This document shows positions 43,677-55,579 of a stretch of DNA of 64,000 bases, piece by piece. The position numbers and the translations under genes were made by a program. Position 1 is the first letter of the stretch. Every line of letters begins with the position of its first letter. Location: positions 338,210,001 to 338,274,000 of the forward strand of contig OZ024741.1 in the NCBI GenBank assembly GCA_964016885.1, written 5' to 3'. Below the pieces are notes generated by a model that was not told the DNA's origin, did no database searches, and was given only the letters and a program-made list of their open reading frames with translations. This DNA comes from Eledone cirrhosa (Eukaryota).

Positions 43677-44515
43677 ATAAATTAATATTTGATGAACATT
43701 TACATGTTATAGTTGCAATTGACTAATAAGATCGCTAGAGTGAAAAATCTTAATTCAACAACATAAGGTCTGCCTGTACGATCTAGAAAATAATAAATCA
43801 ATACTCACAGACTCATATGGGCAAAAAGCCTTGGTACCTAGACACGTTTAAAATTCAAAATACAAACTTTTTCCGCAGATCGGTCAGAACTTCAAACTTC
43901 AAACATGTTTCACAAAGGATGGTATAATAGTAAAATAATTAACTAATTAGCAGTGAGTTAATCAACTTTTTCTGTGTTTATCAATAGGTACCCAGATAAA
44001 AATAAAATAACTCAACCTTAGAAAAATATCTAAGGTCTGGTTAGCGTAGCGAAAATACACGACGTTTTGCACACGGCTTATTCCAGTCCTCTAACGTCCC
44101 ACACATAGTGCTAGAAATAACAGCCGTTTGTATGGGATTACAAAATTCAGCTCACCTTGGGGAGCAGTGATAAATAGCTTAGAGTTTAGACTCAGAGAGG
44201 TCATTTACAATCATTTCAGCCCTAGGAATCGCTTCTGAGCAGTATAACATTGTGAAACATGTTTGAAGTTTGAAGTTCTGACCGATCTGCGGAAAAAGTT
44301 TGTATTTTGAATTTTAAACGTGTCTAGGTACCAAGGCTTTTTGCCCATATGAGTCTGTGAGTATTGATTTATTTTCTAGATCGTACAGGCAGACCTTATG
44401 TTGTTGAATTAAGATTTTTCACTCTAGCAATCTTATTAGTCAATTGCAACTATAACATGTTCATCAAATATTAATTTATACTGCTCAGAAGCGATTCCTA
44501 GAGCTGAAATGATTA
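43677..44515. repeat. Interleaved inverted repeats (~235-bp and ~40-bp arms)
   Basis: 43677-43915 is the reverse complement of 44250-44480. 44209-44248 is the reverse complement of 44477-44514. Confidence 0.9.
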
Positions 44516-44536
44516 TATATATATATATATATATAT

Positions 44537-44678
44537 AACGAAGGAAGTGTGGTAAGGAACCATATGGACCATAACGCACCAGAGTACTCAATACTTAGGG
44601 TAGTAGAGTGGGTAATATTAGTCCAGAAATAGCAGTCGAAACGGCTTGAGCTCTGCCGTCGGGGTCAAACATTTTCAT
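44537..44678. mobile_element. Half-hammerhead mini-element with inverted tail
   Basis: Inverted tail 44537-44616, then TAGTCCAGAAATAGCAGTC-GAAAC-GGC TTGAGCTCT GCC-GTC-GGGG. Confidence 0.7.
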
Positions 44679-44973
44679 ATATATATATATATATATATAT
44701 AAACATGAGAAGAAAGAATACTGCGTGGTTGCACATGGGTTACATATGATAAAAATAGTCCTTCGTCAGTGATTTTCCAACCTTCATTGGTATTTCATCG
44801 CTTAAATAGGGCATTTGAGAGGAGAGTCTAGCTGGAGCTTTGTTCTGGGGCCCCACAGCAACCATGCAACATCCATTTTATGTGTATATATATATGTGTG
44901 TGTATATATATATGTATATATATATATACATATATATATGTATATATATATACACACATATATATATATATAT

Positions 44974-45020
<47 letters not shown>

Positions 45021-45025
<5 letters not shown>

Positions 45026-45161
45026 CAGAAAAAGCCGTGGAAACGGCTTGAGCTCTGCTGTCGGGGTTAAACATTTTCCTATTACCCACCACTCTATTAC
45101 CCTAAGTATTGAGTACTCTGGTGCGCTATGGTACATCTGGTTTCTTACCACACTTCCTTCG

Positions 45162-45163
<2 letters not shown>
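45021..45163 (+). mobile_element. Half-hammerhead mini-element
   Basis: TAGTCCAGAAA..GAAACGGCTTGAGCTCTGCTGTCGGGG plus the family tail, flanked by (TA)n. Confidence 0.7.
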
Positions 45164-45205
<42 letters not shown>

Positions 45206-45290
45206 TTGTGTGTGTGTGGTGTGTTTATATATATATGTATGTATATATATATATATATGTGTGTGTGGTGTGTTTATATATATATGTATG

Positions 45291-45361
<71 letters not shown>

Positions 45362-45363
<2 letters not shown>

Positions 45364-45810
45364 TAGCTGGCTCGCCCGGCTGGCGCCCGACTACAATTGG
45401 CGTGTTCTACGGCATCCATATATATATATAGCTGACGTACCTAGCTTCGCTTGGATAAACAGACGATAAGCCGTCTGTGTAGTATAGTATTACTGTTGAA
45501 AATATATAGTATAGTATTACTGTTGAAAATATATAGTACAGTACAGTATTACTGTTGAAAATATATAGTATAATATTACTGTTGAAAACATATACTATAG
45601 TATTACTGTTGAAAATATATAGTACAGTACAGTATTACTGTTGAAAATATATAGTATAATATTACTGTTGAAAACATATACTATAGTATTACTGTTGAAA
45701 ATATATAGTACAGTACAGTATTCTGTTGAAAATATATAGTATAATATTACTGTTGAAAACATATAGTATAGTATTACTTTTGAAAATATATGGTATAATG
45801 TTACTGTTAC
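45362..45810 (-). mobile_element. Non-autonomous Helitron-like 3' end with internal ~27-32-bp minisatellite
   Basis: Minus strand ends in a GC-rich imperfect hairpin + CAGCTAGT. Minisatellite TATAGTATTACTGTTGAAAATATATAG at 45480-45810. Inverted sister copy at 62410-62751. Confidence 0.6.
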
Positions 45811-46690
45811 AATATCTGGATGCCGTATACAAATGGGCTCAGGACTACAACATGCAGTTTAATGCTGAGAAATTTCAAGCCCTAGAATACCAACCTGCAA
45901 ACACAAATACAGTACAATACAGCTACAATGGACCAGGAGGGATCGAAATCCCCGTGTCGAAATCGATACAAGACATGGGAATAGACATAAGCGACGATGT
46001 ATCTTTTTCCTCACACATTATGAGGGTAGCGACAATGTGCAGATGACTCGCTGGCTAGATCTCGAAGACTTTCCGGACAAGACACCGAGAGACCATGTTG
46101 ATACTATGGAGGTCATTTCTTCTAAGCAGCTTGGACTATTGCTTCCAGCTGTGGTCACTCCATAGTATCATCTAACTACGGAGCTTGAGGCAATTCAACG
46201 AAGCTACACCAAGAGGATTGTCACGATGAAGGAGATAAGCTCCTGGGAGAGGCTAAAAGAACTGAAACTCTACTCCTTGGAATGAAGACAGGAGGGATAC
46301 GCAGTGATATACATATGGAAAATCCTGGAGGGACTAGGACCAAACTTTGGCATTGGGAGTTGGACCACCCCCAGGAACTGTGTGGTGCCGAAGGTCCTGT
46401 CTTCCATCTCTAGAATAAGGAGCAGATATTGCAATAGCCTCAACTCTTCAACAAACTCCCAAGGGATTTGAGAGATCTGCATGGTGTGGACGTGGATGTT
46501 TTCAAGAAACATCTCGACACCCTGCTATCCAGGATCCCGGATGAGCATACATCACGGTACGAAGGGCAGCAGCAACGAACTCCCTCTTGCACCAAATGCC
46601 AGCCAACACAGGCTAGAGATAGAATGTGTAGCAACAAGGGCGCTGCCTCAGCATGCCCTCAGCTGGATGGCTGGAACAGGTAAAAGAGTA
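45811..46690 (+). mobile_element. CR1/L2/Jockey-group LINE, degenerate RT C-terminus and 3' end
   Basis: LDAVYKWAQDYNMQFNAEKFQAL, DMGIDIS..FSSHI, LDYCFQLWS, LEAIQRSYTK, WERLKELKLYSLE, FNKLP..FKKHLDTLL..IPD. Confidence 0.85.
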
Positions 46691-46692
46691 AA

Positions 46693-46730
<38 letters not shown>

Positions 46731-46775
46731 GTGGGAAAGTAAGAAATCGGAGAATAGACCTTTAAAACATGTTTA

Positions 46776-46837
<62 letters not shown>

Positions 46838-47017
46838 GAGATGATAAAGTCTTTTATTGATAAGACCGTGATGCATATTTCGATGACAACATGGCCACGT
46901 GATTCGGCGTAGTTCCCAGTACTACCCTATGCTATTTCCTTATTCTAAAAATACTCCGTCACTCCTATGTGGAAAAATGCACGTTGAGTTCTTGAATTGA
47001 ATTGCATTAATTTCTCC

Positions 47018-47127
<110 letters not shown>

Positions 47128-47303
47128 AAGTATATATATATTCAATTTTATTCCTCTACCTCCTACTACTACTTCTTGTGGGATAGGTTTAACGAGTTTT
47201 CATAGGATATTTACTTAGTTTGCTCCGCCTCCTGTATTTATAGCCGTTATCTATCGTTTTAGAATCTATCGTTTTAGAATCAGGTTATCGTTTTCCTTAT
47301 ACT

Positions 47304-47496
47304 TTTGACGTTGAATTTACAATAATCGGTAAGGTGTCCGACACCATGCTTTGCAGTATATAATTACGGTCCTTTAAATTCTGATTTCAAATCCTGCTGA
47401 CGATAAAATAAAGTACCAGTAACGCACTGTTGTCGGTTTTATCCACTTTCCTCTCTCCCAAAGTTGTTGGCCTGGTGCCTAAATGAGAAACCATTG
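47304..47496 (+). mobile_element. Older degenerate tRNA-SINE
   Basis: TTCAAATCCTGCTGA, GATAAAATAAAGTACCAGT and TGGCCTGGTGCCTAAA are shared with the 47513 copy. Confidence 0.65.
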
Positions 47497-47512
47497 TTTT
47501 CCTTATACTCAC

Positions 47513-47701
47513 AAGGCGGTGAATTGGCAGTATCGGTAGAGGGTTGGACGCCATACTTTCTAGCATAGTTACGTCCCATTACCGTCTGAGTTCAAATCCC
47601 GTCGAGGTTAACTTTGCCTTTCATCCTTACAGGGTCGATAAAATAAAGTACCAGTAATGCACTGGTAATTGCTGGCCTTGTGCTAAAAGTAGAAACAATT
47701 A
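47513..47701 (+). mobile_element. tRNA-derived SINE
   Basis: GGCGGTGAATTGGCAGTATCGGTAGAG head, GAGTTCAAATCCC B-box. Reverse complement of the 28448-28634 family. Confidence 0.85.
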
Positions 47702-48156
47702 TTTTCCCTATACTTGATATATAACTTACTAAACCTATCTAACTGTAAATCATACCTCTAAATAATTCTCTCTGCTGTTTTAATATATCTGTATAAACTT
47801 GAAGTAATATTCTTTCCCTATCAATTACTCTGCCTCTCTCTCTTCTTTGTGTGCAACGTAGCCTTCTCCATCATGCAATTAATTTCTCTCAGAGTCGAAA
47901 CCTCTTATGTCCTTAGTCCTCGGACTGCCGTTGGGAAGAGTGCATCTGGCCTGAGGAAAGAGCCGCATAAGATTAATTGGCTGATGCCAGTGAGTGTCGC
48001 TGACTGCGATAATAATTTCGCCAATGTTTATTTACTTGTAATATGTATGCTGATAATATACCACTGACTTATCCTGCTATCATATGTCCATTTATACATA
48101 GGTCAGTTTTATTTCTAATCAATTTTGTATTATATTTATTTATTCGTAGGTATATT

Positions 48157-48280
48157 AAGGCGGTGAAATAACATTTATTTCCGCTCTCTACCCTCTCAGT
48201 TCAAATCCTGCTGAGGTCAACTTTGCCTTTCATCCTTTCGAGGTTGATAAAAAGAAGTACCAGTCAAGTACTGGAGTCGG
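48157..48280 (+). mobile_element. Partial tRNA-SINE
   Basis: AAGGCGGTGAA..AGTTCAAATCCTGCTGAGGTCAACTTTGCCTTTCATCCTT..AAGTACCAGT. Confidence 0.7.
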
Positions 48281-48308
48281 TTCTTCCTCTGTATATCTTT
48301 CTAACTTC

Positions 48309-48388
<80 letters not shown>

Positions 48389-48414
48389 CTATCTCTATCT
48401 CTCTCTCTCCCTCC

Positions 48415-48479
<65 letters not shown>

Positions 48480-48591
48480 AAATCTGCAGAGGAGATGGGT
48501 TCCGCCAGGTTTTAAAGATGCCCTACAGAATGCCGGATGTCAATACAGTGCCAATACGACTCCCTCATGCATGTAAGTTTATGTATAGTTT

Positions 48592-48681
48592 TGTAGTGGA
48601 ACTACGTCGTACCTCGCAATAGCAACATTTTCATATGCAATAAGGTTAAACTGACCAATGGTAAATCGCGTATGAATACAT

Positions 48682-48748
<67 letters not shown>

Positions 48749-51700
48749 AGAAAAACCACAGTACACGGGAGACCAGGAGATGACTACGGATGCGTGAAGA
48801 ATTATTATAAAATTGCTCATACATTCCTTTCGACAATAAAAATTATATTTATAGAGGATTGAGCGTTAAAGAGATATTTATTTATATCCTGCAAGTCAGA
48901 AGCATGTTACTACCAATAAGAAGCGACCAACTCATCGACTAAGGTATTTCTCTTATATTGTTTGTAAAAACAAGATCCTTGGAAGATTTTAACTTGCAGT
49001 TATAAAAAGTATAGGTAACATTTAACCTCACATCATTTCTATAAAATGATAACCCCAACTATTTTGGTGAAGTTTACGAACGTCTTTCTCCTACAATGTC
49101 AAGTAATTCACTACCGGTGTTTGGCGGGGATGTGCGAATCTGGATTGCACAGATAGAATCGTTTTTCCTCGCACACAATATTTCGTCGACTCTAGACAGC
49201 TCCATCTTTTACTGAGTGCCATTCCTGCTTCCTTAACATCAACGGTTAAGGACTTGATTACCGACCCGTTTTCGGAGGCAACCTATAGCAGCATAAAAAA
49301 AGAAATTCTCAACCGCACTTCTGTCTCGACGGAAAAGAAGCTCCGCTCTCTAGTTAACGATGTGCATCTTGGCGACTGTACACCTATTCAGCTCTTACGG
49401 AGGATGAGAGAGCTTGCGGAAGACGCACCAGCTGACAGCGCCATGATCAAACAGCTTTTCTTCTCTAGGCTACCGCCTAATGTCCAGGCCATTTTGACAG
49501 CAATGACCGAAACCAGTTTGGTGGATCAGTTGGCTTCATCCGCTGATAAAATCTTAGAGCGCTCCAGCAATTCTACCACTACTACTCCATCACGACTTGC
49601 AACAAATTCTTTATCTTCGCCTGTCGCATCGGTTTCAGCTTGCGCCACCTCGACCAACGAAGTAACACTCAAGGCCATCCGTGACCTAACGAAGGAGGTA
49701 CAACTTCTTCGTTTATCCAGATCACGATCTCCCCGACAACGGTTGCGAAATCGCTCGCAATCTTCACATCATCGTTTCCAACCTTCACTATCGCGATCGT
49801 ACTGGTACCATAGCCGTTTCGGAGCCTCTGCTCATAAATGTATCCAGCCTTGTTCTTTTTCACACCAGGGAAACGAAGTAACGGAGAATTAAGCACGACG
49901 TCTTCTCCGCAATCCTGTACTGAAAGTCGTGCATTTTTCATTACAGATTCCTTCTCGCACGCACGCTGCCTCATCGACACGGGTGCGTCTTGCAGCATTT
50001 GGCCTTTAAAACTCTTGAGAGAAATCTCCTCTCTCACAGATATCACTACAAGCTATAAACCATTCGGCTATCCCTACGTATGGAAAAATCTCTCGCTCTT
50101 TGGACCTGGATTTAAGTAGAGATTTCTCATGGATTTTCACCATAGCTGATTTGCCATATCCTATTCTGGGTGCCGATTTTTTGCATCATTACAATCTTAT
50201 GGTTGACATGCGGACACGTCGTTTATTGGACGCAACTACGAATCTTTCTGCGCCTGGACGTACTTCAGTAATCCAGTCTATCAGTCCAGTCTTCTACATC
50301 GCTGCTTCGGATGGCCTGTATCATGAACTTTTGCATTCTTTTCCGGAATTAACTAATCTGAACTTTGCGGTAGATACCCCTACTCACTCTACCACGCATT
50401 TTATTGAGACTAAGGGTGTTCCAGTTTTTTCACGCCCGCGTCGCTTTCTCCGGAAAAATTGAAAGCGGCTAAGGCAGAGTTTAATCATATGCTGCAGTTG
50501 GGTATCATTTGCCCTTCTTCTAGTCCGTGGGCCTCGCCTTTGCACATGGTACCGAAACGTTCGGGAGACTGGCGTCCCACTGGAGATTTTCGGCGATTAA
50601 ATTCGATCACTGTGCCGGACCGTTACCCAATTCCTCACATCCAGAATTTCGCTTCTTCGCTTCACGGACGTACTATCTTTTCGACTTGATCAGAACATAT
50701 CATCAAATTCCTAAAACTGCTGTCACTACACGTTTCGGTGCATTCGAGTTTTTAACAATGCCTTTTGGATTACGCAATGCTGCTAGTACCTTCCAGCGAT
50801 TTATGGACGAAGTCGTCCGTGACCGAGATTTTGTATATTGTTACATCGACGATATTCTTATCGTGAGTGCTTCACCGGAGGACCATATCTCGCACCTCCG
50901 CCAACTGTTTCAACGATTTAAGCAGTACCAAGTTCGTATTAACCCTGCGAAGTGTATTTTCGGCGCTGCTTCACTCGTCTTTTTAGGCCAGATGATTAAC
51001 TCTGAAGAAATATTCCCACTTCCTGAGAAAGTGAAGGCTCTTCAGGAACTCTCTCTGCCTACTTCCTTGTAACAGCTGCGGAAGTTCCTAGGCCTCCTAA
51101 ATTATTATCGACGGTTTATCCCGCATTGCGCAGAACTCTGATCTCGAGAAACTCGTCATTTGGACTTCATATCCCAGTTTACGAATGACATTCGTCATAT
51201 ACCTGGTAAACGAAATACAGCGGCGGATGCCTTATCTCGCCTAGAGTCATTGGATCTGTCTTCACCTAAATTAGCAACCTACAAATTCAAATATCCGCTT
51301 GTACCCACTTCGGACTCTCAGATTCTGTGTGATACTGCAACAGATTCACCTCGCCCTCTGATCCCAGATACTCATCGTCGAATAGTTTTCGACCCTCTAC
51401 ACAGTTTGGCACACCCTGGAATTTCCGCCACAGTGAAACTCATTTCAGCTAGATTCTTCTGGCCTAATATGAGACGTGATATCACTGCTTGGTCACGTTC
51501 CTGTTTGTCTTGTCAAAGGTCGAAGGTGCATAAACATATTCGCGCACCTCTCAGCACATTTAGCACACCTGACGCACGTTTTTGCCACATACATATCGAT
51601 ATCGTGGGACCTTGGCCTGTTAGTCGTGGATGTTCATACAACCTGACCAGCATTGACCGTTTCACCCGATGGCCTGAAGCTATCCCTCTTAGTGACATAA

Positions 51701-52699
51701 CTGTCGTAGTGTGAGCCCTAGTTTCAGGATGGATATCGAGCTATGGAGTTCCTACCACTATTACTACAGACCGTGGTAGGCAGTTCGAATCTCACTTTTC
51801 ACGGATCTATCAAATATCATCGGTGCTCTGCGCATCAGGACTACCAGTTACCATCCTGCATCTAATGGAATGGTAGAGCGTTTTCATCGCCAGTTAAAGG
51901 CCGCATTGCGTGTCTATCCGGATACTCTACATTGGAACCACTACCTCCCCATAGTACTACTCGGTATCCGCACTTCAATTAAAGAGGACCTTGCATTCTC
52001 TCCAGCCGAGCTTTTGTACGGCACTACTTTATCTTTGCCAGGGCAGATGCTTGCCCCAGTCGACCTTTCTACTCAGGACCCTACACTCTATGTGACCCGT
52101 TTGCGTTCGTATTTTCAATTCCTGCCTCCTATGAACACTAGGCAACAAGCCATTAAATTTTCGGTTCCGAGGGATATTGCTCGTGGACCCATGTTTTATG
52201 TCAGAAATGACGCAGTGAGAAGTCCTCTCACTCCACCTTATTCTGGACCCTATCGCATACTTGCACGTACAGATAAACATTTCACCGTTGACTTTAATGG
52301 ACACAGTCTCTATTGACAGACTAAAGCGGGCCCCTCATACTCCCCGCTCCTACAATGTGTCAATACAAACACCACCGCAAGCACCACAATCACATACAAA
52401 CACTCCTTTACCCTCAACATACATCAGGACAACTCGTAGTGGTCGTCATGTTCATTGGCCCAAGAAACTTTGTAAAACAATTTACATATGGGCTATTCTT
52501 TTTTTCTCTTTTTTTTCATTTTTGTATTTTATTGCATGACTTATGTTACCTTTGCAGACATTTTCTCCTCATTGTTATCGACTGCTTTCCAGTCTAAGCA
52601 GAGGGAATGCAGTGGAACTACGTCGTACCTCGCAATAGCAACATTTTCATATGCAATAAGGTTAAACTGACCAATGGTAAACCACTTATGAAGACATGG

Positions 52700-52789
<90 letters not shown>

Positions 52790-52945
52790 TCTCTCTCTCT
52801 GGTGAAAAACCACAGTACACGGGAGACCAGGAGATGACTACGGATGCGTGAAGAATTATTATAAAATGACTCCTACATTCCTTTCGACAATCAAAATTAT
52901 ATTTATAGAGGATTGAGCGTTAAAGAGATATTTATTTATATCCTG
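48592..52945 (+). mobile_element. Degenerate Ty3/Gypsy LTR retrotransposon
   Basis: LTRs at 48592-~49063 and 52608-52945 (3' LTR truncated). PPT AAGCAGAGGGAA. gag ~49096-49892, protease [45 protein letters not shown], integrase HPGI..CLSCQ..HIDIVGP..TDRG..NGMVERFHRQLK, GPY motif. Order PR-RT-IN. Confidence 0.95.
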
Positions 52946-52950
52946 GAAAC

Positions 52951-53003
52951 GAGTTTCAGAAGATCCCGTTAAGGGTGAAAGCAGCGATTCTTTGCTTAAA
53001 CTT
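52951..53003 (+). ncRNA. Near-canonical type I hammerhead motif (U4>A variant)
   Basis: AGTTT-CAGAAGA-TCCC GTTAA GGGT-GAAA-GCA GCGATTCTT TGC-TT-AAACT. Stem I AGTTT/AAACT, stem III AGCA/TGCT. Confidence 0.55.
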
Positions 53004-53018
53004 TAATCTGTTATTTTA

Positions 53019-53109
<91 letters not shown>

Positions 53110-53555
53110 ACTGTTATGTAACCACTTCTACCTAACTCGTCCCATGGACTGAGTGCTCTACCACTACAGATATTACCTTCCAGTGTTCTACCACTATATA
53201 TATATATATATATAGTGTGAGGGTGTATATATAACAATACACACATGTGTGTGTGTGTGTTTTTCAGTCTGTCTGTCACAGTCCCTTTAGCAATACACAC
53301 GTGTGTGGGGGGGGGTGTTTCAGGCTGTCTGTCATAGATCCCTTTGTGGTGGGAAATTAAAAAGATTTTTTTCTTCAAAATTTAAAAAAAATGTTTCCAA
53401 AACTTAAAATATATATATACAGTGATACCTTGAGATACGAGTGAACCGACATACGAGTTTTTTTTTAGATACGAGCCATCACTCGGCTAATTGTTTGCCT
53501 TGTGATACGAGCTGAGTTTTGAGATACGAGCTACGAGCTAGCGGGTGCCTGAGAG

Positions 53556-53913
53556 GGGATGCAGAATTAATTTCGCCACTGAATTAATTTCGCCCGGTGA
53601 ACCCCAACCAAAGTTACTCCCCTCGTTTATATCCGTAAAGTGACTAAAACAAATGTAATATATTTACTGTTAGGGTTAGGGTTGGGGTTAGGGTTAGGGT
53701 TGGGGTTAGGGTTAGGGTTAGGGTTAGGGTTAGGGTTGGGGTTAATTCAACCCTAACCATAACCATAACCATAACCCTAAAAAATAACCCTAACCCTAAC
53801 AGTAAATATATTACATTTGTTTTAGTCACTTTACGGATATAAACGACGGGAATAACTTTCGTTGGGATTCACCGGGCGAAATTAATTCAGTGGCGAAATT
53901 AATTCAGTAACCC
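53556..53913. mobile_element. Fold-back MITE with 8-bp TSD and central inverted telomeric repeats
   Basis: TSD CCTGAGAG at 53548-53555 and 53914-53921. GGG...CCC termini. Near-perfect palindromic arms with tandem GAATTAATTTCGCC. Confidence 0.9.
53670..53800. repeat. Interstitial telomeric repeats, head-to-head
   Basis: 9 TTAGGG + 3 TTGGGG (53670-53741), then CCCTAA/CCATAA units (53751-53800). Confidence 0.95.
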
Positions 53914-55258
53914 CCTGAGAGCGGTCAGTCCACGTGGTAACCTCGGCGCGCGAGCATCTCTGATGTGTTACTGTTGTGATTTTAGTTGCTTTTGGTTTAT
54001 TTCGATAAAAATTTTAGTTTCAACCATGAGTCCTAAGAAAGTGAGTGCCTAGAACACTGGCGAGAAAAAGAAAAGGATGATGTCTTAAGAAAAGGATGAT
54101 GTCTTAAGCACGAAATCGTAGAAAAACATGAGCGTGGTGTGCGTGTTATTGACTTGGCAAAGGAGTACGATCGTAGTACTTCTACAATATGTAGTATATG
54201 TACTAAGATGTGGCCCGAGGTTGTGTCCGAAAGGGACTTCGAAGGATTCGAACCCGAACCCGAAGAGTTAGTGGAGGAGGAGATCGTGTCTATCGGAAAA
54301 TCCATGGGCCTGGAAGTGGACGAAGGAGACGTCAACGACCTCGTCGAAGAACACAATGAGGAATTGACAACGGAGGAATTAACGGAGCTACAGGACCAGC
54401 AGCATACAAAGATTTGGCAGGAAATTAATTAGAGGCCAGAGTCAGAGGAGGTAGTAATCCCTTCAAGTAAAATTAAAGAAATGTTGGAAATTTGGGAGAA
54501 ACTTAATGATTTTATTGACAAAAATCATCCAGAAAAAGTTGGAACAAGTCGTGCGTCGGCACTGTTTAACGTCACTTGCCTCACTCATTTCAGAAACATT
54601 TTAAAAGGGAGGAAGAATCAAACCTCCTTGGACAGGTTTTTATTGAAACGCCCTCAAAGCGAAGGCGAGGAAAGTGTGGCCAAAAAGCCAAAAGTCAGTG
54701 AAGATGATGATGACAGTAACTGAAGTACTGTACGGTACGAAAAGAAAAAAAAGTTTTTAAAAAATAGCAATTAAGTTTAGCGATTAAGTGTAGCATAGTG
54801 TGTAAGTTAAATTTAGCAATAAAAAAATAGTATTAACTGCGTAGTGAGTAAGTTAAGTTAAGAGATAGAGCGCAAAACAAAAAACATTTAAAGCCTCCCC
54901 CGTCATTCTCCTCCACCTCTGCCAATCTCCTCCACCACCACCAGCTTTTTCGTCTCATCTTGAAGGTAAATACACTTAATAAATCCAGTTTATTTCTTTA
55001 CATTCTCTTTTATTATGTTCTTATTATTTCATTATACATTATTTGTTATTTATAAAGTATATTTTGCTTATTAAAAACACGTAACATAAATAAATTGGTG
55101 TGGGTTTTTTTTTGGGGGGGGGGGGTCAGAACGGATTAATAGCATTTCAGTTAATTTCAATGGGGAAAATTGATTTGAGATACGAGTAAATTGAGTTACG
55201 AGCTCGGTCGCGGAACGAATTAAACTCGTATCTCAAGGTATCAATGTGTATATATGTA

Positions 55259-55304
<46 letters not shown>

Positions 55305-55579
55305 TGTATATGTGTATATGTGTATACGTGTGTGTTTATATCTGAGTATATATATGTATATGTGTGTGTATGTAGTTGTTGTTCGTCGACGTCGACGACG
55401 AACAACAACTACAACAACGACTATCATGATCGATAAAGTCCAACCTAGCTCTTCATTCGTTTGTGTGCCCTCCCGTGGGATCTCATGACAAAATATGATA
55501 CACACAGGCGACTAAATACTGGAAACTCAATGGAACGTTATGCACACACACACGCACACACTTTATATATATATATAAA

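Larger units (their letters stand above)
53420..55246 (+). mobile_element. Tigger/pogo-family DNA transposon, internally deleted
   Basis: 23-bp TIRs CAGTGATACCTTGAGATACGAGT / ACTCGTATCTCAAGGTATCAATG, TA at the left end. Transposase remnant 54026-54723 (MSPKK..KHEIVEKHERGVRVIDLAKEY HTH; EVDEGDVNDLVEEHNEELTTEEL; QTSLDRF). DDE core missing. Confidence 0.9.

Noticed and set aside
47513-47610. tRNA gene
   Set aside because: A/B-box-like head only, no cloverleaf; part of a multi-copy SINE.
48490-48572. Possible exon ending at GTAAGT (48573)
   Set aside because: The acceptor lacks a pyrimidine tract and no frame gives a recognisable peptide.
53670-53800. True ancestral chromosome fusion site
   Set aside because: It is enclosed by TIRs and an 8-bp TSD inside another transposon, so it arrived by transposition.
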